DNA from: Lytechinus pictus
Lineage: Eukaryota
Reading direction: 5' to 3'
NCBI RefSeq assembly: GCF_037042905.1
Contig: NC_087263.1
Location: 3,100,001-3,164,000 of the forward strand
Length of the DNA stretch: 64,000 nucleotides
Shown here: positions 61,272-64,000 of the stretch, one piece after another
How positions within the stretch are numbered: position 1 is the stretch's first letter
Layout: the number at the start of each line of letters is the position of its first letter
Notes under the pieces: generated by a model
The model's database searches: none
Told to the model about the DNA's origin: nothing
What the model saw: only the letters and a program-made list of their open reading frames with translations
Translations under genes and position numbers: made by a program

Positions 61272-64000
61272 GTTTGTCAGAAACATAATCACACAAAAAT
61301 ATCCTCTTATATTTATTATATTTTTATCATTCTTCATGATACCCAAGATATTAGGGATTTAACATTGGCACTTCCAGTATTTGTGTCAAAACAATGATAT
61401 AAACATTTATTTTCTTTCACGCTAATAACTATCCTTTATTTTACATTGATAAACAATAGTAATTTGAGATTAAAAAAAAAGCTGTTCTATCTGACATAGA
61501 ATTATGCTATTTGTAAAAATTAATCGGTAAATGTTCAATACTGAACATACTTGTTTTAATAAGGACTTAATGCCTCTCCAATATGAATGAAACTTATTGT
61601 AGATGAATAATCCATTCGACTTTATGATACAGATACATTTCCAGTTTTCACTCAACTTTCAGTTCGAAATTAGATAATGGCTGGAATCAGTGTAAACAAT
61701 AAGACCAATTTTTGTACAAAATGATTGTTTCAGATATAGATATTTCATTAGTATTTTAAAGAAGACTGCGGATAGGTTTTTATTCCCGAACCATTAACCC
61801 AGTAACATCAAGAGTGATCATAGGTTTCAATGCAGGGAAAAGAAATTGTCTGAAAGTTAAGATTTAAGCAATTAACATGATATTAAAACAACATTAGATC
61901 TTAAGTTTTTTATGTTTCAGGTCAAAAGATTTACACTAAAAGAAATATGATATTATTACATCATACAATGTAGTTTAAAGATCTAAATCCGAAATCCGAA
62001 CTTCTATTCGTCGATTTCCGTAAACAGGTTACCTATTTTTCTCTTTCAGTTGTTTGTTTCTTGGTTAAAGGGTCGCATTTAGATTCGTGTGAAATCACAC
62101 AATTCAATTCTTATCACCACTGTTTGACTAGCACCAAACATGTATTGATTGTAACACTAACTCTGTTCAGTTTTCTTTGTTTTTTGTTGTATTTTTAAAA
62201 ACAATTTGGGATACCAAAAATATTAACTAAATAACTGAAATTGATTTTAGATAGAGGGAAAACCCTGGATGTTAGGTTGACTGGAACCATTTGTAAACCA
62301 AAAACAAGTATTTAAGATTGATGAAATTAAAAGAAATAATTGTGGCATACTCTATCTTTCAGCCCTCTTCCCTCTTTCTCTCCTTGTCTTTGTAATTGTA
62401 ATAACGAACCCAAAACTACTCTCCCCCCCCCTTTTATTGGTGGTGAGGTAATCCCGAAATTTACTTTAGAACCATACGTATTCTTTAGCCCATTTATGTT
62501 CCTTTATACGGTTCCATATGTTGTCCATGTTTATAATTATTTGTGAACATTTGGGAAACTTTCCTCCCCTATATATCTCCTTCCACAAACGTCCCCCAAA
62601 ATTATTCAAATGCATGAAAACACCCCAGGAATGCCAAATTCATATATACTGAATATTTTTTTGCCCCCTTTCTGAAATTGGTGGAAACCTTTCTCATTTT
62701 AATCATATTAAGTGGAGAAACCTTCCCGTGTTTGTCATATTCTCTGTTGCTATCTTGGCAGAGTAAAATATGCCATCAGTCCCATGCATAGTCTTTGATG
62801 TCATGTTGTGGTGTTTTGTTTAACAGATATCATGCTGTTCTAACCAAATTTATCCCCATATTCAATAGTTGGTTGTTACTGTTCATTCGGTTTGATTAGC
62901 TTGATGTGGCTTGTTTTTTTCTTCACTTCCGTGTTTTTTTCCTTCCAATTTTTATCTTTAAAACCACCATGCATTGTTTGCTGTGATTTATTATTATTAA
63001 ACCCAAAACAAGGATTCTGACCTACCATGCATCGTTACAATTAACACTCGCTAGTTCGTTCGTTCGTTCGATCAATCTGTTACATGGTTTTTTAGTGAAA
63101 TTTTGCTCTCGATCAAAATCAATTAAAATCACATAATTGCAATATTTGATGTTTCCAAGAGCTTTTTGTACTAAATGTTCTCAGTGTCATGCCTGACCTG
63201 TATGCGCCCCCTTCAGTGGGTCCTAACGAACTGTTACATGTTTAAATTCCTAGTGTATATCTTGAAGTCCTTACTGTGCAGACATAACTGTATTATTACT
63301 TGATTCGTCTTGTACTCACAAGCCACGGCATCAACAAAATGAAACTAGTTCCGTGTTAAACTTTGTCTTTGTAACGTTTTTGTCTCGATCTTTTGTACAT
63401 CTATGCCACAACTATTTTTGTGCCTATTTTTGTGTTTGGAATAGTCCATATATATTTTCCAAATTCAACAACTTAGAAAGAAAAAAAGTCTTCATTTTCA
63501 AAAGAGTTGAAAATAAACTTTTGTGATCAATGTTGTTTAAATATAATACATATAGGAGGAGGGCAATATTTTGAATTAATATTTTAAATGGGCACCTCAT
63601 TTGCCACAAAAATGCCTCAAAATTTTTCAAAAGTTATTCACTTATTCCCTGATATTATTTCTCTGTCTTGAGTAAAGAGTAAATGAATTACACATTATTT
63701 ATTTATTTTTGTTAGAAGACACTGTTTATTTTGCTTGATCAATTTCTATGATTACAAATTCCTGCCATTTTATTCAGATTTGAATGAGATGTTTCATTAC
63801 ATCTCATAGAAATGTGTAGAAATGTGTAATATGGAATTCATCGCTGGCAAGACCAGAATGGAATTACAATTGGATTTATAATGGGAACCTATACCATCCC
63901 TTTTTTATGATTCCATATTTTCATTATAAATTGATTGTTAAGGATTGGTATTTGATTTAATACTTGTGGATTATATGAAAGAAAATTTGACTACAACATT

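Noticed and set aside
60854-61296. Minus-strand ORFs (129 aa, 70 aa)
   Set aside because: Antisense shadows of GC-rich exon 12.
61272-64000. RRM3-coding exons
   Set aside because: No GPEGANLFIYHLP-like frame found; the 3' end of the gene lies outside the window.

Overview
AT-rich animal genomic DNA. The MITE/SINE landscape looks like a deuterostome invertebrate such as a sea urchin (inference). The whole window lies inside one + strand gene of the CELF1/2 (CUGBP/ETR-3/Bruno) subfamily of RNA-binding proteins. Twelve coding exons join in consistent phase (469-694, 1358-1440, 33033-33084, 37634-37765, 38370-38449, 40500-40694, 41505-41595, 44078-44245, 50249-50365, 53902-53958, 57973-58035, 61125-61271). 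They give about 460 aa from ATG 499, covering RRM1, RRM2 and most of the Q/A/G/S/T-rich divergent linker. RRM3 and the stop codon lie beyond the window. Introns (intron 2 is 31.6 kb and contains a 289-N gap) hold many non-autonomous DNA transposons, some nested, plus tRNA-SINEs, LINE tails, local tandem duplications and low-complexity tracts. The most interesting signals concern splicing control of this splicing regulator: five symmetric phase-1 linker exons flanked by UG-rich and TGCATG clusters, in-frame tandem splice sites including an NAFLQ option at the position of vertebrate CELF1 LYLQ, a triplicated exon-4 end carrying a PTC-generating decoy donor, candidate poison exons in intron 2, and a MITE whose inverted repeat extends about 130 bp into host sequence. 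Almost all other ORFs in the supplied track are spurious.
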